IMG/VR virus record: IMGVR_UViG_2541047787_000003
Location: 1-9,992 of that record
Origin: a virus
Lineage: Duplodnaviria > Heunggongvirae > Uroviricota > Caudoviricetes
Length of the DNA stretch: 9,992 nt
Strand: one strand, 5' to 3'
Shown: positions 1 through 8,724 of the stretch, in pieces
Numbering within the stretch: the stretch's first letter is position 1
Layout: every line of letters starts with the position of its first letter
Program-made: the position numbers and the translations under genes
Notes under the pieces: model-generated
What the model was told of the DNA's origin: nothing
Database searches by the model: none
The model's input: only the letters and a program-made list of their open reading frames with translations

Positions 1-672
1 ATGGCAGCGACGCACACACTCCCTCTGGCGTCACCGGGCATGGCGCGCATCTGCCTTTACGGGGATTTACAACGATTTGGCCGCCGCATCGACCTTCGTG
101 TGAAAACGGGGGCTGAAGCCATCCGCGCACTGGCCACACAGCTCCCGGCGTTTCGTCAGAAACTGAGCGACGGCTGGTATCAGGTACGGATTTCCGGGCG
201 GGACGTCAGCACGTCCGGATTGACGGCGCAGTTACATGAGGTTCTGCCTGACGGCGCTGTGATTCATATTGTTCCCAGAGTCGCCGGGGCCAAGTCAGGG
301 GGCGTATTCCAGATTGTCCTGGGAGCAGCCGCCATTGCCGGATCATTCTTTACCGCCGGAGCCACCCTTGCAGCATGGGGGGCAGCCATTGGGGCCGGTG
401 GTATGACCGGCATCCTGTTTTCTCTCGGTGCCAGTATGGTACTTGGTGGTGTGGCGCAGATGCTGGCACCGAAAGCCAGAACTCCCCGTACACAGACAAC
501 GGATAACGGCAAACAAAACACGTATTTCTCCTCACTGGATAACATGGTTGCCCAGGGCAATGTTCTGCCCGTTCTGTACGGTGAAATGCGCGTGGGGTCG
601 CGGGTGGTATCTCAGGAAATCAGCACGGCAGACGAAGGGGACGGTGGTCAGGTTGTGGTGATTGGTCGCTGA
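1..672 (+). CDS. I: Tail assembly protein I (lambda gpI-like), complete 223-aa ORF
   Basis: ORF starts at ATG position 1 and ends at TGA 670-672. The translation (MAATHTLPLASPGMARICLYGDLQRFGRRIDLRVKTGAEAIRALATQLP...EGDGGQVVVIGR) matches lambda gpI as I recall it, including the Gly/Ala-rich hydrophobic middle. It sits directly upstream of J, as in lambda. Confidence 0.9.
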   Translation: MAATHTLPLASPGMARICLYGDLQRFGRRIDLRVKTGAEAIRALATQLPAFRQKLSDGWYQVRISGRDVSTSGLTAQLHEVLPDGAVIHIVPRVAGAKSGGVFQIVLGAAAIAGSFFTAGATLAAWGAAIGAGGMTGILFSLGASMVLGGVAQMLAPKARTPRTQTTDNGKQNTYFSSLDNMVAQGNVLPVLYGEMRVGSRVVSQEISTADEGDGGQVVVIGR

Positions 673-690
673 TGCAAAACATTTTATGTG

Positions 691-718
691 AAACCGCCTG
701 CGGGCGGTTTTGTCGTTT
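691..718 (+). terminator. Intergenic I-J stem-loop followed by a T-rich tract (terminator-like hairpin or RNA stability element)
   Basis: aaaccgcc (691-698) pairs perfectly with ggcggttt (703-710) around the 4-nt loop tgcg, followed by tgtcgttt. It lies between two co-transcribed late genes, so it may act only as a partial terminator, pause or processing site. Confidence 0.3.
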
Positions 719-732
719 ATGGAGCGTGAGGA

Positions 733-3700
733 ATGGGTAAAGGCAGCAGTAAGGGGCATACCCCGCGCGAAGCGAAGGACAACCTGAAATCATCCCAGAT
801 GCTGAGCGTGATAGACGCCATCAGTGAAGGGCCGATTGAAGGTCCGGTGGATGGATTAAAAAGCGTACTGCTGAACAGTACGCCGGTGCTGGACAGTGAG
901 GGGAATACCAACATCGCCGGTGTCACGGTGGTGTTCCGGGCTGGTGAGCAGGAGCAGACTCCGCCGGAGGGATTTGAATCCTCCGGCTCCGAGACGGTGC
1001 TGGGTACGGAAGTGAAATATGACACGCCGATCACCCGGACCATCACGTCGGCAAACATTGACCGACTGCGTTTTACTTTCGGCGTGCAGGCACTGGTGGA
1101 AACCACCTCAAAGGGGGACAGGAATCCATCGGAAGTCCGCCTGCTGGTTCAGATACAACGTAACGGTGGCTGGGTGACGGAAAAGGACATCACCATTAAG
1201 GGTAAAACCACTTCACAGTATCTGGCCTCGGTGGTGGTGGATAACCTGCCGCCGCGCCCGTTCAGTATCCGGATGCGCAGGATGACGCCGGACAGCACCA
1301 CAGACCAGCTGCAGAACAAAACGCTCTGGTCGTCATACACCGAAATTATCGATGTGAAACAGTGCTACCCGAACACGGCACTGGTCGGCGTGCAGGTGGA
1401 CTCGGAGCAGTTCGGCAGCCAGCAGGTGAGCCGTAATTATCATCTTCGCGGGCGCATTCTGCAGGTGCCGTCGAACTATAACCCGCAGACGCGGCAATAC
1501 AGCGGTATCTGGGACGGAACGTTTAAGCCAGCATACAGCAACAACATGGCCTGGTGTCTGTGGGATATGCTGAACCATCCGCGCTACGGCATGGGGAAAC
1601 GTCTTGGTGCAGCAGATGTGGATAAATGGGCGCTGTATGTCATCGGCCAGTACTGCGACCAGTCGGTGCCGGACGGCTTTGGCGGCACGGAGCCGCGCAT
1701 CGCCTGTAATGCGTACCTGACCACACAGCGAAAGGCGTGGGATGTGCTCAGTGATTTCTGCTCGGCGATGCGCTGTATGCCGGTATGGAACGGGCAGACG
1801 CTGACATTCGTGCAGGACCGACCGTCGGATAAGGTGTGGACCTATAACCGCAGTAATGTGGTGATGCCGGATGATGGCGCGCCGTTCCGCTACAGCTTCA
1901 GCGCCCTGAAAGACCGCCATAATGCCGTTGAGGTGAACTGGATTGACCCGAACAACGGCTGGGAGACGGCGACAGAGCTTGTGGAGGATACGCAGGCTAT
2001 TGCCCGTTACGGTCGTAACGTCACGAAGATGGATGCTTTTGGCTGTACCAGCCGGGGGCAGGCACACCGCGCCGGGCTGTGGCTGATTAAAACAGAGCTG
2101 CTGGAAACGCAGACCGTGGACTTCAGCGTGGGCGCAGAAGGGCTTCGCCATGTGCCGGGCGATGTTATTGAAATCTGTGATGATGACTATGCCGGTATCA
2201 GCATCGGCGGGCGCGTGCTGGCGGTAAACAGCCAGACCCGGACGCTGACGCTCGACCGTGAAATCACGCTACCATCCTCCGGTACCACGCTGATAAGCCT
2301 GGTTGACGGAAGTGGCAATCCGGTCAGCGTGGAGGTTCAGTCCGTCACCGACGGCGTGAAGGTAAAAGTGAGCCGTGTTCCTGACGGCGTTGCCGGATAC
2401 AGCGTGTGGGGGCTGAAGTTGCCGACGCTGCGTCAGCGCCTGTTCCGCTGTGTGAGTATCCGTGAGAACGATGACGGCACGTATGCCATCACTGCCGTGC
2501 AGCATGTGCCGGAAAAAGAGGCCATCGTGGATAACGGGGCGCACTTTGACGGTGACCAGAGCGGCACGGTGAATGGTGTCACGCCGCCAGCAGTGCAGCA
2601 TCTGACCGCCGAAGTCACTGCAGACAGCGGGGAATATCAGGTGCTGGCGCGCTGGGACACACCGAAGGTGGTGAAGGGCGTGAGCTTCCTGCTCCGTCTG
2701 ACCGTGACAGCGGATGACGGCAGTGAGCGGCTGGTCAGCACGGCCCGGACGACGGAAACCACATACCGCTTCAGGCAGCTGGCGCTGGGGAACTACAGGC
2801 TGACAGTCCGGGCGGTAAATGCGTGGGGGCAGCAGGGAGATCCGGCGTCGGTATCGTTCCGGATTGCCGCACCGGCAGCACCGTCGAGGATTGAGCTGAC
2901 GCCGGGCTATTTTCAGATAACCGCCACGCCGCATCTTGCGGTTTATGATCCGACGGTACAGTTTGAGTTCTGGTTCTCGGAAAAGCGGATTGCGGATATC
3001 AGGCAGGTTGAAACCACAGCCCGCTATCTTGGTACGGCGCTGTACTGGATAGCCGCCAGTATCAATATCAAACCGGGCCATGATTATTACTTTTATATCC
3101 GCAGTGTGAACACCGTAGGCAAATCGGCATTTGTGGAGGCCGTCGGTCGGGCGAGCGATGATGCATCCGGCTATCTGGATTTTTTCAAAGGCGAGATAGG
3201 GAAAACCCATCTGGCTCAGGAGCTGTGGACGCAGATTGATAACGGTCAGCTTGCGCCTGACCTGGCTGAAATCAGGACGTCCATTACGGATGTCAGCAAT
3301 GAAATCACGCAGACCGTCAATAAGAAACTGGAAGACCAGAGTGCGGCAATTCAGCAGATACAGAAGGTTCAGGTTGATACAAATAATAACCTGAACAGCA
3401 TGTGGGCTGTGAAGCTGCAGCAGATGCAGGACGGACGCCTTTATATCGCGGGTATTGGTGCCGGTATTGAGAACACCCCTGACGGCATGCAGAGTCAGGT
3501 GCTGCTGGCGGCGGACAGGATTGCGATGGTTAATCCTGCGAATGGCAACACAAAACCGATGTTTGTTGGTCAGGGCGATCAGATATTCATGAACGACGTG
3601 TTCCTGAAACGCCTGACGGCTCCCACCATTACCAGCGGTGGAAATCCACCGGCATTTTCCCTGACACCGGACGGGCGACTGACGGCGAAAAATGCGGATA

Positions 3701-4212
3701 TCAGTGGCAGTGTGAATGCGAACGCCGGGACGCTCAACAATGTCACGATTAATGAAAACTGTCGGGTTCTGGGAAAACTGTCTGCGAACCAGATTGAAGG
3801 CGATCTCGTTAAAACAGTGGGCAAAGCTTTCCCCCGGGACTCCCGTGCACCGGAGCGGTGGCCATCAGGGACCATTACCGTCAGGGTTTATGACGATCAG
3901 CCGTTTGACCGGCAGATTGTTATTCCCGCGGTGGCGTTTCGTGGCGCTAAACATGAGCGGGAGAATAACGATATTTATTCGTCATGCCGCCTGATAGTGA
4001 AGAAAAACGGTGCTGAAATTTATAACCGTACCGCGCTGGATAATACGCTGGTTTATACAGGTGTTATTGATATGCCTGCTGGTCGCGGTCACATGACGCT
4101 GGAGTTTTCGGTATCAGCGTGGCTGGTAAATGACTGGTATCCCACAGCCAGTATCAGTGATTTGCTGGTTGTGGTGATGAAGAAATCCACAGCAGGTATC
4201 ACGATTAGCTGA
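733..4212 (+). CDS. J: Host specificity protein J (central tail fiber / tip attachment protein), 1159 aa
   Basis: ATG at 733 preceded by an RBS-like ggagcgtgagga. The long ORF translation ([20 protein letters not shown]...[55 protein letters not shown]...) matches lambda gpJ through the N-terminal and central parts as I recall them. Gene order I-J-lom is as in lambda. Confidence 0.95.
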   Translation: MGKGSSKGHTPREAKDNLKSSQMLSVIDAISEGPIEGPVDGLKSVLLNSTPVLDSEGNTNIAGVTVVFRAGEQEQTPPEGFESSGSETVLGTEVKYDTPITRTITSANIDRLRFTFGVQALVETTSKGDRNPSEVRLLVQIQRNGGWVTEKDITIKGKTTSQYLASVVVDNLPPRPFSIRMRRMTPDSTTDQLQNKTLWSSYTEIIDVKQCYPNTALVGVQVDSEQFGSQQVSRNYHLRGRILQVPSNYNPQTRQYSGIWDGTFKPAYSNNMAWCLWDMLNHPRYGMGKRLGAADVDKWALYVIGQYCDQSVPDGFGGTEPRIACNAYLTTQRKAWDVLSDFCSAMRCMPVWNGQTLTFVQDRPSDKVWTYNRSNVVMPDDGAPFRYSFSALKDRHNAVEVNWIDPNNGWETATELVEDTQAIARYGRNVTKMDAFGCTSRGQAHRAGLWLIKTELLETQTVDFSVGAEGLRHVPGDVIEICDDDYAGISIGGRVLAVNSQTRTLTLDREITLPSSGTTLISLVDGSGNPVSVEVQSVTDGVKVKVSRVPDGVAGYSVWGLKLPTLRQRLFRCVSIRENDDGTYAITAVQHVPEKEAIVDNGAHFDGDQSGTVNGVTPPAVQHLTAEVTADSGEYQVLARWDTPKVVKGVSFLLRLTVTADDGSERLVSTARTTETTYRFRQLALGNYRLTVRAVNAWGQQGDPASVSFRIAAPAAPSRIELTPGYFQITATPHLAVYDPTVQFEFWFSEKRIADIRQVETTARYLGTALYWIAASINIKPGHDYYFYIRSVNTVGKSAFVEAVGRASDDASGYLDFFKGEIGKTHLAQELWTQIDNGQLAPDLAEIRTSITDVSNEITQTVNKKLEDQSAAIQQIQKVQVDTNNNLNSMWAVKLQQMQDGRLYIAGIGAGIENTPDGMQSQVLLAADRIAMVNPANGNTKPMFVGQGDQIFMNDVFLKRLTAPTITSGGNPPAFSLTPDGRLTAKNADISGSVNANAGTLNNVTINENCRVLGKLSANQIEGDLVKTVGKAFPRDSRAPERWPSGTITVRVYDDQPFDRQIVIPAVAFRGAKHERENNDIYSSCRLIVKKNGAEIYNRTALDNTLVYTGVIDMPAGRGHMTLEFSVSAWLVNDWYPTASISDLLVVVMKKSTAGITIS

Positions 4213-4232
4213 ATTTTCATAACCCATATGCG

Positions 4233-4259
4233 GGCGCCATTTCTGGCGCCTTTTTTATT
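4233..4259 (+). terminator. Rho-independent terminator downstream of J (tJ-like)
   Basis: Palindromic GC stem ggcgcca (4233-4239) / tggcgcc (4244-4250) with loop tttc, immediately followed by ttttttatt (4251-4259). It starts 21 nt after the J stop. Confidence 0.7.
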
Positions 4260-4280
4260 GCAGAAAAGCGAGAGGTAATT

Positions 4281-4880
4281 ATGCGTAAAGTTTGTGCAGC
4301 CATTTTGTCCGCAGCCATCTGTCTGGCCGTATCCGGTGCGCCTGCATGGGCGTCTGAGCAGCAGGCCACACTGAGCGCAGGGTATCTTCATGCCCGTACG
4401 AACGCTCCCGGCAGCGATAATCTGAACGGGATTAACGTGAAATACCGTTATGAGTTTACGGACACGCTGGGGCTGATTACGTCATTCAGTTATGCCAACG
4501 CTGAAGATGAGCAAAAAACGCATTACAGCGATACCCGCTGGCATGAGGATTCCGTGCGTAACCGCTGGTTCAGCGTGATGGCGGGGCCGTCTGTGCGCGT
4601 GAATGAATGGTTCAGCGCGTATGCGATGGCAGGCGTGGCTTACAGCCGTGTGTCGACTTTTTCCGGGGATTATCTCCGCGTAACTGACAACAAGGGAAAA
4701 ACGCACGACGTGCTGACCGGAAGTGATGACGCTCGCCACAGTAACACCTCTCTGGCGTGGGGAGCTGGCGTGCAGTTTAACCCGACCGAATCCGTGGCCG
4801 TTGATGTCGCTTATGAAGGCTCCGGCAGTGGCAACTGGCGCACTGACGGGTTCATCGTGGGTGTCGGTTATAAGTTCTGA
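4281..4880 (+). CDS. lom: Outer membrane protein Lom (Ail/Lom family beta-barrel), 199 aa with N-terminal signal peptide
   Basis: ATG at 4281 with RBS gagagg 7 nt upstream. The translation starts MRKVCAAILSAAICLAVSGAPAWA (a signal peptide with an AxA cleavage motif) and ends ...DGFIVGVGYKF with a C-terminal aromatic residue, typical of outer-membrane beta-barrels. It matches lambda Lom as I recall it, in the same position after J. Confidence 0.9.
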   Translation: MRKVCAAILSAAICLAVSGAPAWASEQQATLSAGYLHARTNAPGSDNLNGINVKYRYEFTDTLGLITSFSYANAEDEQKTHYSDTRWHEDSVRNRWFSVMAGPSVRVNEWFSAYAMAGVAYSRVSTFSGDYLRVTDNKGKTHDVLTGSDDARHSNTSLAWGAGVQFNPTESVAVDVAYEGSGSGNWRTDGFIVGVGYKF

Positions 4881-4906
4881 TTAGCCAGGTAACACAGTGT
4901 TATGAC

Positions 4907-4934
4907 AGCCCGCCGGTTCAGGCGGGCTTTTTTG
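4907..4934 (+). terminator. Rho-independent terminator downstream of lom
   Basis: Stem agcccgcc (4907-4914) / ggcgggct (4921-4928) with loop ggttca, followed by tttttgt (4929-4935). It lies between the lom stop and the side tail fiber start. Confidence 0.65.
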
Positions 4935-4944
4935 TGGGGTGAAT

Positions 4945-7900
4945 ATGGCAGTAAAGATTTCAGGTGTACTGAAAGACGGTGCAGGTAAACCGGTACAGAA
5001 CTGCACAATCCAGCTGAAAGCAAAACGTAACAGCACCACGGTGGTGGTGAACACGGTGGCATCTGAAAATCCGGATGAAGCCGGGCGTTACAGCATGGAC
5101 GTTGAGTACGGTCAGTACAGCGTTATTCTGTTGGTGGAAGGATTCCCGCCGTCACATGCCGGGACCATCACCGTGTATGAAGATTCCCGACCCGGTACGC
5201 TGAATGATTTTCTCGGTGCCATGACGGAGGATGATGCCCGTCCGGAGGCACTGCGCCGCTTTGAACTGATGGTGGAAGAGGTGGCGCGTAACGCGTCCGC
5301 AGTGGCGCAGAACACAGCAGCCGCGAAGAAGTCAGCCAGCGATGCCGGCACATCAGCCCGTGAGGCGGCAACCCGTGCGACTGATGCTGCAGGCTCAGCA
5401 CGTGCAGCCAGCACGTCAGCCGGACAGGCCGCGTCGTCGGCTCAGTCAGCGTCTTCCAGCGCAGGAACGGCATCAGCAAAGGCTACTGAAGCATCAAAAA
5501 GTGCTGCCGCTGCAGAGTCTTCAAAAAGCGCGGCAGCCACCAGTGCCGGTGCAGCGAAAACGTCGGAAATGAATGCCGCAGCATCACAAAAATCTGCGGC
5601 CACATCTGCATCCACCGCGACCACGAAAGCGTCAGAAGCTGCCACCTCAGCCCGGGATGCGTCGGCTTCAAAAGTGGCGGCAAAATCATCAGAAACGAGC
5701 GCTGCCTCGAGCGCCGGCAGTGCAGCTTCCTCGGCAACGGCAGCAGGAAATTCCGCGAAGGCCGCAAAAACGTCTGAGACGAATGCGGATAACAGCGCAC
5801 AGGCGGCAGCAGACTCACAAACTGCATCGGCAAACTCCGCGACAGCAGCCAAAAAATCAGAAACCAACGCGAAAAATAGTGAGTCAGCAGCAAAGGTCAG
5901 CGAAACCAACGCTAAAGCGTCAGAGAACAAGGCGAAAGAATATCTCGACAAGGTCGGGGGACTCGTCAGCCCGATGACGCAATACGATTGGCCTGTTGTT
6001 ACTGCTAGTGAGTCTCTTTACATCAAGATCGCGAAACTTTCCGATCCTGGAACCAGCAGAAGTCATGTAACGCTAATGGTTACTAACGCTGGTAACTACG
6101 GCTCCCCTTACGGAAACATTGACTTTATCGAGATCTCGGCGCGCGGTCTGCCTTCTTTGCTTAGTGCGGATAATGTTTCTCGTCATCTGAGTATACGCCG
6201 CTTAGGGTCAACCGGGCTGACCGATAACAACCAGATGCGTTACGGCCTGGTTAAAGGTGACGGCTTTATTGAGGTTTGGGCATTCCAGGGTGCGTTTATT
6301 AACGACGCAAAGGTTGCGGTGCTGGCGCAGACAACACTAAACACAGAATTATACATTCCAGACGGATTTGTTAAGCAAACCGCCGCGCCTTCTGGATATA
6401 TTGAAGGCAACGTTGTAAGGATTTACGACCAGGTAAACAAGCCGACTAAAGCAGATTTGGGTCTTTCTAATGCTATGCTTACAGGCGCTTTCGGTCTTGG
6501 CGGTAGCGGGATATCAACAAACGGCAAGATGAGCGATGTAGAGATCTTAAAAGCTCTGCGTGACAAAGGTGGTCATTTCTGGCGCGGTGATAAGCCGACC
6601 GGAAGCACGGCGACCATTTATAGCCACGGTTCTGGTATATTCTCGCGGTGCGGCGATACGTGGTCAGCGATCAATATCGACTACTCAACCGCGAAGATTA
6701 AGATCTATGCCGGCAACGATGCCCGGCTTAACAACGGGACTTTTAGCGTCAATGAGCTATACGGCTCGGCAAACAAGCCGTCGAAATCGGATGTTGGACT
6801 TGGCAACGTAACGAACGATGCGCAGGTAAAAAAAACCGGCGATACAATGACCGGTGACTTGACAATCAAAAAAGGTACACCGTCAGTCTTCCTGCGGGCA
6901 GACAGTGGAGTCACCGCTTTGCGGTTTTATACTGGCGATAACACAGAGCGCGGCATAATCTATGCTGGTCCTAACACTGATTCGCTTGGCGAAGTTCGCA
7001 TCAGGGCAAAGACAGCAGGGGGGACATCAGGAGGGGATCTTGTTGTTCGTCACGACGGGAGGGTTGAAGTCCGTGATCTCACAGTAGCGTATAAAATTAA
7101 AAGCAGAACGATTGAGATTGCAAATACCGACACTGACTCATCGGCAACTACGCTAAGCATCTATGGAGTACAGCACACGCCGTTGGTTTTAACGCGTTCT
7201 GGTTCTTCTGAAAATGTGTCCATTGGGTTTAAGTTAGACAACATGAACCCAAAGTATCTTGGAATTGATACTAATGGGGATCTGGCTTTTGGTGAGAGTC
7301 CTGATCAGAAACAAAACAGCAAATTGATCACGCAAGCGAAACTCGACAAGGGATTAACGATTGGTGGTCAACTGGCTTTCAAAGGTACGACAGCGTTTTC
7401 AGCCGTTGCTACGTTCAGTGCCGGGATAGCAGGAGCCATCGAGCCGGAAAACATTGACGGCCAGACGGTTAATCTTAACAACCTGACCATCATCAAGTCA
7501 GATGCCGGGGCAGTTAAATACTATATTTGTCCATCCTCTGCAGGTGGTGCAAATATCACCAACAAGCCTGACGGCGTAACAGGTAACTTTTTGCTCCGTG
7601 TTGAATCGACTCGTAAGGTTAGGGATTCAGATTATGCGAACATGCAAACGCTGATTAACAGCGACACAAAACGTATATACGTTCGCTTTGTTGTTAATGG
7701 AAACTGGACAGCGTGGAGTCAGGTTGTTGTTTCCGGATGGAATCAGGATGTAACCGTCAGGTCGTTAACCTCGACGACTCCATCAAAATTAGGTGGCGGG
7801 CGGATTGATGTGCTTGGAAGTACGTCAGATTATGGCAGCATGAATTGTACCGTTCGTGGTGTTGATAGCACTGGAACCAATTCGGCGTGGTCGGTAGGCA

Positions 7901-8724
7901 CATCAGAAAGCACAGGCAAAATGTTGTTCCTGAAAAACCACAGAAGCAGCGCTCAAGTGCTGTTAAATGGCGATGATGGCGCGGTTCAACTACTAAGTGG
8001 CACTGTTAACGGTGCTACAGCGCAGGCGCTAACCATCAACAAAGATGAGGTTAACTCAACTGCCGATTTAGTAATTAGAAAACAAACAGGGACTGGCAAT
8101 CGTTTTGCTTTACTTAATTCAGGTAATTCAGAACTACCAGTTAGTATCAGGGTGTGGGGTTCCAGTACTCGACAAAACGTTTTTGAGGTTGGCACGTCTG
8201 CTGCGTATCTGTTTTATGCGCAAAAAACAACAGACGGGCAAAACCTTACTGTAAACGGAAGTGTTAACTGCACCACACTGAATCAGTCATCAGACCGCAG
8301 ACTGAAAGAAAATATCGAGATTATCGATAACGCGACTGACGCAATCCGCAAAATTAATGGATACACGTACACGCTCAAGGAGAATGGGGCACATTGCGCC
8401 GGGGTTATAGCCCAGGAAGTTGAAGAGGCCATCCCGGAGGCCGTTGGTTCATTCATCCATTACGGTGAAGAGTTGCAAGGTCCGACCGTTGACGGCAACG
8501 AGCTACGCGAAGAAACGCGCTATCTTAATGTTGACTACGCCGCCGTGACGGGCTTACTTGTTCAGTTCGCCCGTGAAACAGATGATCGCGTTACCGCGCT
8601 GGAAGAGGAAAACACAACGCTACGTCAAAATCTGGCAACAGCAGACACCCGGATCAGCACTCTGGAAAATCAGGTAAGCGAACTGGTTGCACTTGTCCGG
8701 CAGTTAACAGGAAGCGAACATTGA
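4945..8724 (+). CDS. stf: Side tail fiber protein, chimeric: lambda Stf-like N-terminus, Ala/Ser-rich shaft, divergent distal receptor-binding region, and C-terminal self-cleaving intramolecular chaperone domain
   Basis: The ORF track calls 4939-8724 from a GTG, but the ATG at 4945 gives MAVKISGVLKDGAGKPVQNCTIQLKA..., which matches the lambda Stf N-terminus as recalled and has a ggggtg RBS upstream. The distal part carries fiber-type motifs (NKPSKSDVGLGNVTNDAQVKKTGDTMTGDLTI). The C-terminus carries the S-D-R-R-L-K-E-N motif and a terminal coiled coil typical of peptidase S74 chaperone domains. Confidence 0.85.
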   Translation: MAVKISGVLKDGAGKPVQNCTIQLKAKRNSTTVVVNTVASENPDEAGRYSMDVEYGQYSVILLVEGFPPSHAGTITVYEDSRPGTLNDFLGAMTEDDARPEALRRFELMVEEVARNASAVAQNTAAAKKSASDAGTSAREAATRATDAAGSARAASTSAGQAASSAQSASSSAGTASAKATEASKSAAAAESSKSAAATSAGAAKTSEMNAAASQKSAATSASTATTKASEAATSARDASASKVAAKSSETSAASSAGSAASSATAAGNSAKAAKTSETNADNSAQAAADSQTASANSATAAKKSETNAKNSESAAKVSETNAKASENKAKEYLDKVGGLVSPMTQYDWPVVTASESLYIKIAKLSDPGTSRSHVTLMVTNAGNYGSPYGNIDFIEISARGLPSLLSADNVSRHLSIRRLGSTGLTDNNQMRYGLVKGDGFIEVWAFQGAFINDAKVAVLAQTTLNTELYIPDGFVKQTAAPSGYIEGNVVRIYDQVNKPTKADLGLSNAMLTGAFGLGGSGISTNGKMSDVEILKALRDKGGHFWRGDKPTGSTATIYSHGSGIFSRCGDTWSAINIDYSTAKIKIYAGNDARLNNGTFSVNELYGSANKPSKSDVGLGNVTNDAQVKKTGDTMTGDLTIKKGTPSVFLRADSGVTALRFYTGDNTERGIIYAGPNTDSLGEVRIRAKTAGGTSGGDLVVRHDGRVEVRDLTVAYKIKSRTIEIANTDTDSSATTLSIYGVQHTPLVLTRSGSSENVSIGFKLDNMNPKYLGIDTNGDLAFGESPDQKQNSKLITQAKLDKGLTIGGQLAFKGTTAFSAVATFSAGIAGAIEPENIDGQTVNLNNLTIIKSDAGAVKYYICPSSAGGANITNKPDGVTGNFLLRVESTRKVRDSDYANMQTLINSDTKRIYVRFVVNGNWTAWSQVVVSGWNQDVTVRSLTSTTPSKLGGGRIDVLGSTSDYGSMNCTVRGVDSTGTNSAWSVGTSESTGKMLFLKNHRSSAQVLLNGDDGAVQLLSGTVNGATAQALTINKDEVNSTADLVIRKQTGTGNRFALLNSGNSELPVSIRVWGSSTRQNVFEVGTSAAYLFYAQKTTDGQNLTVNGSVNCTTLNQSSDRRLKENIEIIDNATDAIRKINGYTYTLKENGAHCAGVIAQEVEEAIPEAVGSFIHYGEELQGPTVDGNELREETRYLNVDYAAVTGLLVQFARETDDRVTALEEENTTLRQNLATADTRISTLENQVSELVALVRQLTGSEH
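5280..5950 (+). repeat. Low-complexity Ala/Ser/Thr/Lys-rich repetitive coding region (fiber shaft) within stf
   Basis: About 220 aa dominated by A, S, T and K with recurring K-x-S-E-(T/M)-N-A units, for example aaaacgtcggaaatgaatgcc, aaaacgtctgagacgaatgcg, aaaaaatcagaaaccaacgcg and aaggtcagcgaaaccaacgct. This explains the many spurious overlapping ORFs called here in other frames. Confidence 0.6.
8293..8721 (+). other. Predicted C-terminal intramolecular chaperone / autoproteolytic domain (peptidase S74-like) of the tail fiber, about 143 aa, released after trimerisation
   Basis: Motif NQSS|DRRLKENIEIID (codons at 8281-8319) has the Ser and Lys spaced 5 residues apart, as in the catalytic Ser-Lys dyad of endosialidase-type chaperone domains. 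It is followed by ...YLNVDYAAVTGLL... and a terminal heptad-like stretch RVTALEEENTTLRQNLATADTRISTLENQVSELVALVRQL. Confidence 0.6.

Noticed and set aside
264-759. Small ORFs overlapping gene I (264-560 -, 350-535 -, 428-661 +, 532-759 -) and 717-1106 - overlapping the J start
   Set aside because: They overlap well-supported I and J coding sequence in alternative frames, with no RBS or recognisable motifs.
1333-3210. Long minus-strand ORFs (1333-2151, 2269-3210) antisense to J
   Set aside because: They lie entirely within the strongly supported J coding region, have no recognisable protein features, and are expected artefacts of GC-rich coding sequence read in reverse.
3579-4391. ORFs 3579-3875 -, 3716-3994 + and 4089-4391 - near the J 3' end and lom start
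   Set aside because: They are antisense or off-frame to J and lom. The 4089-4391 minus ORF would span the J terminator and the lom start, which is implausible.
4939-4944. GTG start at 4939 used by the ORF track for the tail fiber
   Set aside because: The ATG at 4945 yields MAVKISG..., matching the lambda Stf N-terminus, and has better spacing from the ggggtg RBS. The GTG start would place the start codon inside the terminator T-tract region.
5280-5950. CRISPR-like or tandem DNA repeat array
   Set aside because: The periodic repeats are imperfect, lie within a continuous ORF, and encode a low-complexity protein shaft. There is no repeat-spacer architecture.
5112-5977. Multiple ORFs on both strands in the Ala/Ser-rich region (5112-5414 -, 5168-5479 -, 5342-5572 +, 5442-5951 -, 5483-5893 -, 5573-5977 +)
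   Set aside because: They are low-complexity translations (poly-Ala, or Arg/Pro/Gln-rich) of the repetitive stf shaft in wrong frames. The in-frame stf reading is continuous and matches the lambda Stf N-terminus.
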